Shown here: in pieces, positions 9,744 through 18,753 of the stretch
Position numbering within the stretch: position 1 is the first letter of the stretch
Layout: every line of letters starts with the position of its first letter
NCBI GenBank assembly: GCA_047638675.1
Contig: JBLIML010000003.1
Span: forward strand, 20,525-84,524
Reading direction: 5' to 3'
DNA length: 64,000 bases
Source of the DNA: Planctomycetota bacterium
Lineage (GTDB): Bacteria; Pseudomonadota; Gammaproteobacteria; Eutrophobiales; Eutrophobiaceae
Translations under genes and position numbers: made by a program
The notes under the pieces: model-generated
What the model saw: only the letters and a program-made list of their open reading frames with translations
Database searches by the model: none
What the model was told of the DNA's origin: nothing

Positions 9744-9907
9744 ATCGATCAGAACGTGCGTTGAAATTTATTGTAAATGCAAGCATGTTGTTCATAAAAA
9801 TGTAGTGAGTGCTGTGCTATGGATATTAGTAAATGAAAAAAATTCCCAGACTTTTTTCATTTAATGCTATGCCATTAGCAATATCTTCCAGGTACGTTTG
9901 TCATTCT

Positions 9908-10015
9908 TCACCTCGCATGTACTTCCAGTACAAGCCGAATCTTTTCCTCAGAGGAATACTTCTTAGGGCTACGACGACGTATACCTTTAACCAACTTCTC
10001 GTGATTATTGTCCAT
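9908..10015 (-). pseudogene. IS3-family transposase OrfA N-terminal remnant
   Basis: My own minus-strand translation gives MDNNHEKLVKGIRRRSPKKYSSEEKIRLVLEVHAR followed by a stop. The RRxxxKYSxEEKIRxVLE pattern is typical of the HTH start of IS3-type OrfA. It is too short for the ORF track, and no downstream transposase follows. Confidence 0.4.
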
Positions 10016-10188
10016 AATGAGACTTCTATTTATAAGTTTAACTTATCAGAAGTCTCTTCTGGAAACCCGTCAATTCTGTCTCATGTGCTTCGACGGGAAA
10101 CAGGCAGGATTGCAGGTTATGAGTCAATAGACTAATATTATTACGGATTAGTTAACACCTGGCTGCAAACTAATATTTTCAGTGTCAA

Positions 10189-11685
10189 TTGATGTGGCAT
10201 AAATATCCGGAGAGTCTTCTGATGAAACTAAATATCCTCAATAATTTAATTACTTTTCGTTCGCTTTTTATGTCCGTAACTTTGGTAGCCTGGTCTGGAC
10301 TAGCTTTGTGTCAGGGAGAAATCGTCCTGAAAGGTGCAACCTTGATTGATGGTACAGGAGCTCCTCCCTTGCTTAACTCAATTATTGTAATAGATGGGGA
10401 CAGGTTCAAGCGGATCGGTTCAACTAATAAGCATATAAATATTTCCAAAAACGCAAGAATTATAGATGTTAGCGGAAAATATATCGTCCCTGGATTAATG
10501 GACGCAAATGTTCATCTCTTTCGTGATGTCTCTATTGAATTCATTGCGAGGTACGAGGACAGACTTGAAGAGTTAATTACTGAAGGAGCGCAAATTGCAC
10601 TAAAATACGGACTCACGACGGTCTTTGATTCATGGGGTCCACTCCAACCGCTTATGAACGTCAGGGATCGTATTAATAGAGGCGAAATACCAGGCAGTCG
10701 GGTGTATGTGGCCGGAAATATAGTCGGGCTAAGCGGTCCGTTCGGTAGGGATTTTAATGCTGTTGGAGGTTGGATTGCGCCTAAAACTTTCGTGAATCGT
10801 ATTAATGCATTATTTGAAGAAAATACCGGGCCTCAACTCTCTCTTCTTAGCCCTAACGAGCTAAGAGGTGAAATCAGGAAGTATGTCAATCGTGGCATTG
10901 ATTTTTTAAAGTATGCAGTGAATGGACATGATTGCGGGGGGTGCTCCGGCTTTCCAGAGAAATTGAATTTAGGTCATGTTCTGTTGTTTACTCCCGAGGC
11001 ACAGGATGTAATCGTTGATGAAACTCACAAAGGAAAAATAACAGTACAAACACATACCAGTACTGTTGTGGCCTTGCAGCAGGCTGTCGATGCAAGGGTT
11101 GATATGATGCAACATTGCGCCATTACCGGAGAAACTCCTATTCCGGAAGCATTAATTAATCAAATGCTTGAATCTAAAATATTCTGTGCCGTTCAACCCA
11201 GGACTTCGAAGCGAATTAAGGCCGAAAGCGAAAATCCAACTCTGTTTCAGCGAACACCAAAAATGCTGAATGTTTGGCATGAAAACCAGGTCAGGCTTAT
11301 GAAAGCAGGGGTGCCACTTCTTCTTGCGACTGATGCCGGGGTTGCCAATCCGATAAAAACCGAGGTGGAAGCAGATCACAAGGAGTTCGATGTCGAACAT
11401 CCGGAGATGCTGGGTGAAGCGCATTTCATCTGGTTCCGGGCAATGAGTCAAAAAGGAATGAAGCCGATGCAATCAATTGTTTCCGCGACCAAAAATATTG
11501 CGGCCGCATATGGAAAACTAAAAGATCTGGGAACGGTGGAAAAAAACAAACTGGCAGATCTAGTCATTCTCAATAAAAATCCCTTAGACAATATCGAGAA
11601 CATGAGGAGTATCAATATGGTAATCAAGAACGGTGAGATTGTTGATCGTGGGGCATTACCCATTAAACCAATATTAACTAAGTGA
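10189..11685 (+). CDS. Secreted amidohydrolase-family protein (COG1228-like)
   Basis: 498 aa. A signal-like N-terminus follows the Met at 10222. The C-terminus is typical (LADLVILNKNPLDNIENMRSINMVIKNGEIV). The first metal motif reads DANVHL instead of the usual DxHxH. Confidence 0.8.
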   Translation: MMWHKYPESLLMKLNILNNLITFRSLFMSVTLVAWSGLALCQGEIVLKGATLIDGTGAPPLLNSIIVIDGDRFKRIGSTNKHINISKNARIIDVSGKYIVPGLMDANVHLFRDVSIEFIARYEDRLEELITEGAQIALKYGLTTVFDSWGPLQPLMNVRDRINRGEIPGSRVYVAGNIVGLSGPFGRDFNAVGGWIAPKTFVNRINALFEENTGPQLSLLSPNELRGEIRKYVNRGIDFLKYAVNGHDCGGCSGFPEKLNLGHVLLFTPEAQDVIVDETHKGKITVQTHTSTVVALQQAVDARVDMMQHCAITGETPIPEALINQMLESKIFCAVQPRTSKRIKAESENPTLFQRTPKMLNVWHENQVRLMKAGVPLLLATDAGVANPIKTEVEADHKEFDVEHPEMLGEAHFIWFRAMSQKGMKPMQSIVSATKNIAAAYGKLKDLGTVEKNKLADLVILNKNPLDNIENMRSINMVIKNGEIVDRGALPIKPILTK

Positions 11686-12257
11686 GCCGTAAAAGGATGA
11701 ACAATAAATTGATAGTTAGAAATACTTTATTAAAAGCTTCGCTTTGGATGTTTCTTATATTACTGAGCCGCATATGCCTTGCCGAACCCCAATTTTCTGG
11801 AAACGATATGGGGGTAAACACAACAATGCATTTAGAAAACGATGTTCGAACAGAAATTGAGGAAATGCACCAATTCTTTGTCGACTGGTTTAGCGGAAAA
11901 GCTGAACAGTCAGTATTTGATGAATTTACCGCTCGCTTTGATAGCAACGTTAAATACATAGGTACCAATGGTTCTTTGCTTGATCGGGCTGCGTTATTAG
12001 ATTTTCTCGGTGGGGCTCGGGGTATAGGCTCTGATTTCCGTATCGCGATTCGAGATGTCAAAGTACAACAGCTGTCTGATTCCCATGTAATAGCGACTTA
12101 TACGGAATGGCAGCGTCATGCAACATTCTCCGATCGCCCTGAAAATGGTCGCCTCACTACAGTGGTTTTATCGATGTCGAAACCATTCCGTTGGTTACAT
12201 ATTCATGAAACCTGGTTGCCTGAGGTGATTTATAAAGCAGGTTCCTATGATTTTTGA
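11682..12257 (+). CDS. DUF4440 / NTF2-like domain protein with signal peptide
   Basis: 191 aa with a hydrophobic N-terminus. The core FFVDWFSG...FRWLHIHETW resembles DUF4440. It overlaps the upstream amidohydrolase stop by 4 nt. Confidence 0.55.
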   Translation: MSRKRMNNKLIVRNTLLKASLWMFLILLSRICLAEPQFSGNDMGVNTTMHLENDVRTEIEEMHQFFVDWFSGKAEQSVFDEFTARFDSNVKYIGTNGSLLDRAALLDFLGGARGIGSDFRIAIRDVKVQQLSDSHVIATYTEWQRHATFSDRPENGRLTTVVLSMSKPFRWLHIHETWLPEVIYKAGSYDF

Positions 12258-12685
12258 TGTTGGCATCAACATCCAGGCTATCGAGTCTATAATATCTCAA
12301 TGACATAGTATGGTGGGGTTGGACATGATTGACCGTCTACGTTGGATAAGTGGAACATTACGTTATAACTGGTAGGACTACCAAAAACCTCAATTAATAA
12401 ACTAAGAGGAAAATTTAAAGTTTAAAAATATTGTTCGACTATATACACACGATGAATGGTTCTTGTATAGACGAGTGTGATGACTTGGCAGTAGGTCTAT
12501 ATCCTAATAACAGGACAGAATTTCACCTTGATTCAACGAGAGTACCAGAGTGCATTTTTGGATGTTCAAGTAGGTAAAGCGAAAGGGTAATTGTTCTGCA
12601 CTGTTCTCGAACTATTAAAAAGCTTTTTTAGCGATTTCCGGATTTGTCACCCCAGTACCCACGAACCGCCTCAGATATGTATTGC

Positions 12686-13669
12686 TTATTCAAGCTTTAT
12701 CACAATTTTCCCTGTGCTAAGTCCATCGGCAATAGTTTGTAGTAATCCAGGCGCTTCATCAAACCTGCCAACCGTGGAAATGCGGGGTTTTATTTTACCT
12801 GTCCGACACAGTTCCTGAATTTGTTTGTGTGCGTTGAGTACCTCTCCTCTTTTTTTTACCGGGTAAGCTGAACCCCAGGAATGTCCTATGATGGTTTGAT
12901 TTTGCGCAACGATATTTACGATAGAAACTTGAGGTTCTTTTCCGCTGGCCCAGCCGATCGGGACAATTCGTCCATTGGTAGCAAGACATTCAAGTGATTG
13001 GTCAAATACAGCCCCACCAATTTGGTCAAAAATAACATCTGCACCGCGACCATCGGTGGCCTGATTTATTTCGGAAACAAAATCGTCATTTTTGTAATCA
13101 ATGGCCAAAGCCACACCTTCCTCTCTGCACACATCCAGTTTTACCTGATTACTGGCAGTTGCAAATACCTTCGCCCCTGCCAACAGGCCAAGCTGAATCG
13201 ATGCCGTTCCCACGCCACCGGCACCGGCATGAACAAGAAGAGTTTCGCCGGCCTGAAGATTTGATTTCTGCAAAGCGAAGTAGGCAGTTTGATAGGTAAC
13301 AAGCAAGCTTGCCGCGAGATGATCTGCGATATCATTTGCAAGCGGATAAACAAATTGAGCTGGAACGACCGTAGTCTCAGCTAATGAGCCTGATGCAAGT
13401 GGCTGCAGGGCGACAACGCGCTGACCATGCGACATGTCTACATTTTCCCCACAAGTTCTGATTGTTCCTGCTAGTTCTACGCAAGGTATGAAAGGTAAAT
13501 CAGGATTTACCGGATAGACCCCTCTACAGGTCATCACATCCAGGAAATTAAGGCCAACTGTGCTGACGTCAATTGTGACTTCATCCCGACCCGGCACAGG
13601 TGGATCAAGCGTGCACAATGTTAATACATCACTCGGCTCACCAAATTCATGTACTTGCCAGGCTCTCAT
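12686..13669 (-). CDS. NADPH:quinone oxidoreductase / zinc-type alcohol dehydrogenase superfamily (MDR)
   Basis: 327 aa. N-terminus MRAWQVHEFGEP, cofactor loop HAGAGGVGTASIQL, QOR-type length. Confidence 0.85.
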   Translation of the reverse strand: MRAWQVHEFGEPSDVLTLCTLDPPVPGRDEVTIDVSTVGLNFLDVMTCRGVYPVNPDLPFIPCVELAGTIRTCGENVDMSHGQRVVALQPLASGSLAETTVVPAQFVYPLANDIADHLAASLLVTYQTAYFALQKSNLQAGETLLVHAGAGGVGTASIQLGLLAGAKVFATASNQVKLDVCREEGVALAIDYKNDDFVSEINQATDGRGADVIFDQIGGAVFDQSLECLATNGRIVPIGWASGKEPQVSIVNIVAQNQTIIGHSWGSAYPVKKRGEVLNAHKQIQELCRTGKIKPRISTVGRFDEAPGLLQTIADGLSTGKIVIKLE

Positions 13670-13679
13670 CGTTCCAAGT

Positions 13680-14963
13680 TTAGCCTCTAGTGGGGTTCAA
13701 ATGAGAGCGCCATACAGCCAACATGATGTAACAAAGGGCTGCACATATCATGGAATCAAAAGCGGAAACTGTCGTTAATGTAATAATTCCATTGACACTT
13801 AATGCACCTACCGCAAAACCTGTACCCCAGGCTATGAATGCCGAATAGTTGTACCTGGGTAGCTCGCTCAGTTTTTCGACGGAGTAGTTTTGGCCGTTTA
13901 CAAAAAAGAAATCACAGATATAGATACCACATAGGCTTGGGATGGAAATTCCCAAAATACTAATATAAGGGATAAATAGAGTAACTACATCGAATGTTGA
14001 AAGTATAGTGGCGAGGACACCAAATAGAGCAACACTCCACCAGAACTTCACCTGTTTAAATGATGCCGCCACAGATAGCCCTACCGAATATAGCATCCCT
14101 ACATTGCTCGACATTGTGGAGAAGATCAGGACAATCAGTGCGCCAACTCCAACGCCAAGAGACAACATGATTTTGATCAAATCTTGTTCCCCTGAAAGAA
14201 TGCTGGGAATAGCAGTGACCGTCAGTACTATCGGGAATGATACTCCTAGTGCCAGATACACGGCAATAAGAGCACGCTTTTGATTACGCGCGTATCGAAC
14301 ATAATCAGGTAAGGTAACAATTCCACCGCTATAGGCACCGATTACAATAGACATAGCGCCACCAATACCCAGTGTCCCATCCCCCAGACTATTCAGATCT
14401 CCGAGATCGCTCTGTGTTAATGATCTGTATGCGCCATATAACAAAATTAGCGCCAGTAAAGGCACCATTAGTAGCGCCATTTTTTCTATGGCATGAAAAC
14501 CATAGATGGTAACGCCGACCATAATCAAGCCACCAAGAACAGCAAGCCACTGTTTAGACATATTCATGTTGGCGACAATAGAAACGATTTCCTGTGCGGC
14601 TGCGCCAAATAAGTTACATAAGATTGCGAACCAGCAAAACATGACTAGTGCAATTAGAAAATTAGGGAATCTGTATCCAATCGAGCCGAATGAATAACGG
14701 AGAATCAAATAAGTTGATAATTTGGAACGCGCACCGACCATGCCGGCAAAAACGCCGGTAACTGCCAGTATCTGACAACCAAGAATGAAACCGATTAGGC
14801 CAGGATAAAAGCCGGCACCATAGCTTATCTTCGATGCCATTAGAAAACCTGGTACTGCGATAGTGCCGCCGATAATTATAACAGCTATATGATAGGCGCT
14901 GGTTCCATCACTTTCCGGAACAGGCTGATGGGAATAATCGTCACCTGGTTGAAAATCAGCCAT
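13680..14963 (-). CDS. NCS1-family purine/cytosine-type permease
   Basis: 427 aa, polytopic, with a CodB-like N-terminus (VPESDGTSAYHIAVIIIGGTIAVPGF). It lies between hyuB and the oxidoreductase. Confidence 0.7.
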   Translation of the reverse strand: MADFQPGDDYSHQPVPESDGTSAYHIAVIIIGGTIAVPGFLMASKISYGAGFYPGLIGFILGCQILAVTGVFAGMVGARSKLSTYLILRYSFGSIGYRFPNFLIALVMFCWFAILCNLFGAAAQEIVSIVANMNMSKQWLAVLGGLIMVGVTIYGFHAIEKMALLMVPLLALILLYGAYRSLTQSDLGDLNSLGDGTLGIGGAMSIVIGAYSGGIVTLPDYVRYARNQKRALIAVYLALGVSFPIVLTVTAIPSILSGEQDLIKIMLSLGVGVGALIVLIFSTMSSNVGMLYSVGLSVAASFKQVKFWWSVALFGVLATILSTFDVVTLFIPYISILGISIPSLCGIYICDFFFVNGQNYSVEKLSELPRYNYSAFIAWGTGFAVGALSVNGIITLTTVSAFDSMICAALCYIMLAVWRSHLNPTRG

Positions 14964-14983
14964 TTCAATTCCTTCCTATCTGC

Positions 14984-16696
14984 TTATTCGATAATTTCAT
15001 TTCGTAATCTAGCAGTCGCTTTTACGTCAACTTTTTCATCTTTAATTATCACCTTATAAATATTTTCTGCCGCATCCAGAGACACATAATCATCCAGGAA
15101 GTCCTCAAGAACGAGTTGAGGATCGCGTTGTGTCGGAAGACCATAACCACCGCCTCCAGCAGACATACTCACTATATGGTCATCTGCAGCAACACTTGTC
15201 CGATAGGTCCCGACTGATTTAGATTTATCGGTATCAGGAAAAAGTAGCAAAGTATTAGGCTCGGAACTAAGTCCACCTTCCAATGACCAGGGAGGAGTTT
15301 TACTTTTCTTGGTTATTGAGAGGAAATGTCCAGGCCAGACAAATTTAATATCCCGGCGTATACCCAGACCACCTCTAAATTTTCCCGCGCCACCGCTATC
15401 ACAACGTAGCTCCAGACAGTCAAATTGCATGCCTGTTTTAGACTCCATAACCTCTAGAGGTGTATTGCGCACCATAGTCGTCGAAATATGGTTAAGTGCA
15501 TTGGAACCATCATGATTAAAAGCGGCACCCCAGCCTACCGGTTCATTGTTACTAATCGCATAGGCACGACCACTGCGTGGTTCATTTCCATACATCATAA
15601 AACCGGGGACATCACCACCCGAACAGGCAGGGATCTTGTCTGGCATCGCCTGTGCCAATGCTTTGAAGATCAATTCCAGTGCAATCATTGCCGACCAAAC
15701 GGTGTATGTTGCTGAGGGGTAGACAGCATGAAAAATATTTCCAGGTGGAGCAATGACTTCGAGTGGTCTGAAACACCCTGCATTGCTGGGATGCGTTGGT
15801 GCTGTTAGTGTCTTTAAGGCAACCTTACACAATGTTTGTGTCAAACCGAATGGGATATTTACCGGCCCTCTAACAGCATTTGGGGATTCACTGAAATCTA
15901 CTATAAATTTTTCGTCCTCGACAGTTACTTTCAGGCGTAAGGGAATAATTTCATCATCAACCCCATCGTCATCAACAAAGTCTTCTGCCTCCCAGCTACC
16001 GTTGGGGATATCCAACAATGCCTTTTTAGTAATTCTTTCGCCGTAATCAAGAATCTCCGACATTGCAGCCTTCAATACCTCACTACCAAATTTATGTTTG
16101 ATTTGTTTTAATCGAGCAATACCTGTTTGCGTTGCGGCAACCTGTGCTTCCAGATCGCCGAGAACACTGTCCGGTAAACGAGAATTAAAGCGGATAAGAT
16201 CCAGTATTTCTTTATCAGGTTCACCTCGCTTGTAAACTTTGATTGCAGGTAAGATTAAACCTTCCTGATGCATGTCCGTAGAATCAAGTACATAGCCCGG
16301 ATCTTTGGCGCCCAGATCTATCCAGTGTGCGCGAATACAGGTGTAAGCAAAAGGCTCGTCTTCATTATCATCGAATACCGGAGCGAATAAAGCGACATCA
16401 GCCGCATGGGCTGAACTCCAGTAGGGATAGTTAAGAGCAAGGATATCTCCCGGCTCCAGATTATCCTTGCCGACATGCTCAACGCCTTTTTTCAAAGCGT
16501 AATCATTTGCTCCAAGGAAAAAAGCCAGACCCGGCGCATCCGCTATTAGTTCCATATCACCACTGTATAAAGAGATACCAAAATCGTGGACTTCATATAT
16601 TACTGGACTAAATGCGGTTCGAATCAATGTTCTCCGCATTTCTTCTGCTGCAGAACCAAGATAATTGTGAATGACGCTAACCGTTGAACTTTCCAT
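14984..16696 (-). CDS. hyuB: Hydantoinase B / oxoprolinase family subunit
   Basis: 570 aa with a Hydantoinase_B-type N-terminus (NYLGSAAEEMRRTLIRTAFSPVIYEVHDFG). It is adjacent to hyuA. Confidence 0.9.
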   Translation of the reverse strand: MESSTVSVIHNYLGSAAEEMRRTLIRTAFSPVIYEVHDFGISLYSGDMELIADAPGLAFFLGANDYALKKGVEHVGKDNLEPGDILALNYPYWSSAHAADVALFAPVFDDNEDEPFAYTCIRAHWIDLGAKDPGYVLDSTDMHQEGLILPAIKVYKRGEPDKEILDLIRFNSRLPDSVLGDLEAQVAATQTGIARLKQIKHKFGSEVLKAAMSEILDYGERITKKALLDIPNGSWEAEDFVDDDGVDDEIIPLRLKVTVEDEKFIVDFSESPNAVRGPVNIPFGLTQTLCKVALKTLTAPTHPSNAGCFRPLEVIAPPGNIFHAVYPSATYTVWSAMIALELIFKALAQAMPDKIPACSGGDVPGFMMYGNEPRSGRAYAISNNEPVGWGAAFNHDGSNALNHISTTMVRNTPLEVMESKTGMQFDCLELRCDSGGAGKFRGGLGIRRDIKFVWPGHFLSITKKSKTPPWSLEGGLSSEPNTLLLFPDTDKSKSVGTYRTSVAADDHIVSMSAGGGGYGLPTQRDPQLVLEDFLDDYVSLDAAENIYKVIIKDEKVDVKATARLRNEIIE

Positions 16697-16713
16697 TTAT
16701 ATCAACCTGAGGT

Positions 16714-18753
16714 TTATATAGTCGTTTTTATAATAAGATGCCCAAAATCATCGACACAACAGACCTGACTTGTGTAAATAACGGTAGTTGATGTCCCTTC
16801 ATCGATAATTGCAGGGCCTTCAATAGAATTGCCTGGGTTCAACAGTTCACGGTCAACAACTTTAAACTCTTTGAGTGCTTTGTCTTTAAAACAATAAGCA
16901 CTGCGCGTGCGGACAATATAAGCAACATCAGTGTCATTTGATCTGGAGCGCTTCTTTAACTCTGGTTTGGTCATAATACTCAAACCCGTAACACGTAGGT
17001 TGACTAACTCTACTGGCTGCTCGGTTCTATGCCCGTAACGTTGTTCATGAGCAGAATCAAACGCGGCACGGAGATCATCATAATCAGGCATTCCGTCTAT
17101 CTGGATTTTCAGGGAATGTTCCTGACCCAGGTAACGCATTTCCATATATCGAATCATCACTTGTTCGCTTTCCTTTGCGCCCTGTTTATCCAGGTTTCCC
17201 TTTGCTTCGTCTTCCATTGACAGCAGCATTTCATCGAGTACAGCTAGTATTGAATCGTTTATCTCAGCAACAAAGGTACGCGAAACATCAGTAGCCAGAT
17301 CAGACATCAGCATACCCCAGGCAGAGAATGCTGCTGGTACGTTAGGAATAATTGTATTTGGTATACCCATTTCCAGAGCTAGTAGTGGTGCTATTAGCGG
17401 ACCCGCACCACCAAAGGCAAGAATTGAAAATTCTTTATGGTCTTTCCCTTGTTCAACTGTGATTTCACGTACCGCGCCTTCGGTTTGAGCGATTAACACT
17501 GAAAAAATACCTGCTGCAGTTTGCAATACCTCAGAGCTCATGGGAGTTGCCAATTTGGTTTCCAGTCCTGTTCGTGCCGCTATGCTGTCCAGCGGTAACT
17601 GACCTTTCAAAAAGTTCTCCGGGTCAATAAACCCGAGCACCAGAGCTGCATCTGTCAAAGTCGGTTGAGTGCCACCCCGACCATAGGCAATTGGTCCGGG
17701 AGTAGAGCCTGCACTTTGTGGTCCCAATCTGAGCATACCTTCTTCCAGCCAGGCAATAGAGCCGCCACCAGCACCGATGCAGCGAATATCATAGGTGGGA
17801 ATTAAAACCGGCATGTGTTGTAAGCGGGTTTCATGTATGACTCCCGGTTCTGCTTTGTCAATGACACAGATATCGAGACTGGTGCCACCAAAATCCATGG
17901 TCAGTATCTGCTCGAGCTGTAATTGTTTTGACAGGTAGGCGGCACCGATAATGCCACCGGCTGGGCCGGACAGAACGCTATCCAGGGGTCTATATTTTGC
18001 CGCCTGGGCCGTCATGGCGCCCCCGCTGCTGCGCATAATCAGGAATTGGCCTGTGAAACCCTTTTTTTCTAATTGCAGGTGTAGATCGTCGATATATTTC
18101 TCGAAAATAGATCGGACATAGACATCGAGTACAGTCGTGCAGCTACGTTCGTACTCACGATGTTCACGTACAACCTGATGGGAAACCGAAAGATAAATAT
18201 CGGGAAAGGTTTCACGAACAAGTCTGGCTATTTGTTTTTCGTGCTGCGGATTTTTATAAGAATGCAAACAGCACACTGCAATCGAATCAACACCTTGTTT
18301 GTTAACCAAATACTTTGCGGCTTCAATTACAGCATTTTCATCCAGTTCGATATCGATCTCACCGTTGACCTTGATACGACCCGGAACGCCGACAATACAA
18401 CGCCTGGGGACCAGTGGTGATGGACGTTGATAATGCATGTTGTACATATGCTCAGCGGGCAAGTCACCGCGACCTAACTCCAGAATGTCTCGAAAACCCT
18501 GATTGGTGATGAGCCCCGTCTTTGCTCCGCGACGTTCTATTATTGCATTTAGTCCAAGCGTTGTGCCGTGCACGATCGTTTCAACATCAGAAAGACTAAT
18601 TTCTAGTTTTTCTATAGCATTTAAAACACCTGTGGAGGAGTTTTCCGGTGTAGTCATGGCTTTTTCTAATCGAGTTTCACCTGTTTCCCGATTGAAAAGA
18701 ATTGCATCGACAAAAGTACCACCGATATCGATACCCAGACTATATTTTTTCAT
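16714..18753 (-). CDS. hyuA: Hydantoinase A / oxoprolinase family subunit
   Basis: 679 aa with an ASKHA-type start (YSLGIDIGGTFVDAILF) and a second phosphate motif (DFGGTSLD). Confidence 0.9.
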   Translation of the reverse strand: MKKYSLGIDIGGTFVDAILFNRETGETRLEKAMTTPENSSTGVLNAIEKLEISLSDVETIVHGTTLGLNAIIERRGAKTGLITNQGFRDILELGRGDLPAEHMYNMHYQRPSPLVPRRCIVGVPGRIKVNGEIDIELDENAVIEAAKYLVNKQGVDSIAVCCLHSYKNPQHEKQIARLVRETFPDIYLSVSHQVVREHREYERSCTTVLDVYVRSIFEKYIDDLHLQLEKKGFTGQFLIMRSSGGAMTAQAAKYRPLDSVLSGPAGGIIGAAYLSKQLQLEQILTMDFGGTSLDICVIDKAEPGVIHETRLQHMPVLIPTYDIRCIGAGGGSIAWLEEGMLRLGPQSAGSTPGPIAYGRGGTQPTLTDAALVLGFIDPENFLKGQLPLDSIAARTGLETKLATPMSSEVLQTAAGIFSVLIAQTEGAVREITVEQGKDHKEFSILAFGGAGPLIAPLLALEMGIPNTIIPNVPAAFSAWGMLMSDLATDVSRTFVAEINDSILAVLDEMLLSMEDEAKGNLDKQGAKESEQVMIRYMEMRYLGQEHSLKIQIDGMPDYDDLRAAFDSAHEQRYGHRTEQPVELVNLRVTGLSIMTKPELKKRSRSNDTDVAYIVRTRSAYCFKDKALKEFKVVDRELLNPGNSIEGPAIIDEGTSTTVIYTSQVCCVDDFGHLIIKTTI

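Noticed and set aside
9833-10135. 100-aa plus-strand ORF in the MFS/amidohydrolase gap
   Set aside because: It has low-complexity composition and no family resemblance. The opposite strand carries the IS3-type transposase stub, which explains the open frame better.
12258-12685. A 430-bp gap with a GATGTTG-gcat-CAACATC hairpin right after the DUF4440 stop codon
   Set aside because: The hairpin lacks a T-tract. No ORF, repeat or RNA motif could be supported in the rest of the gap, so it was left unannotated.
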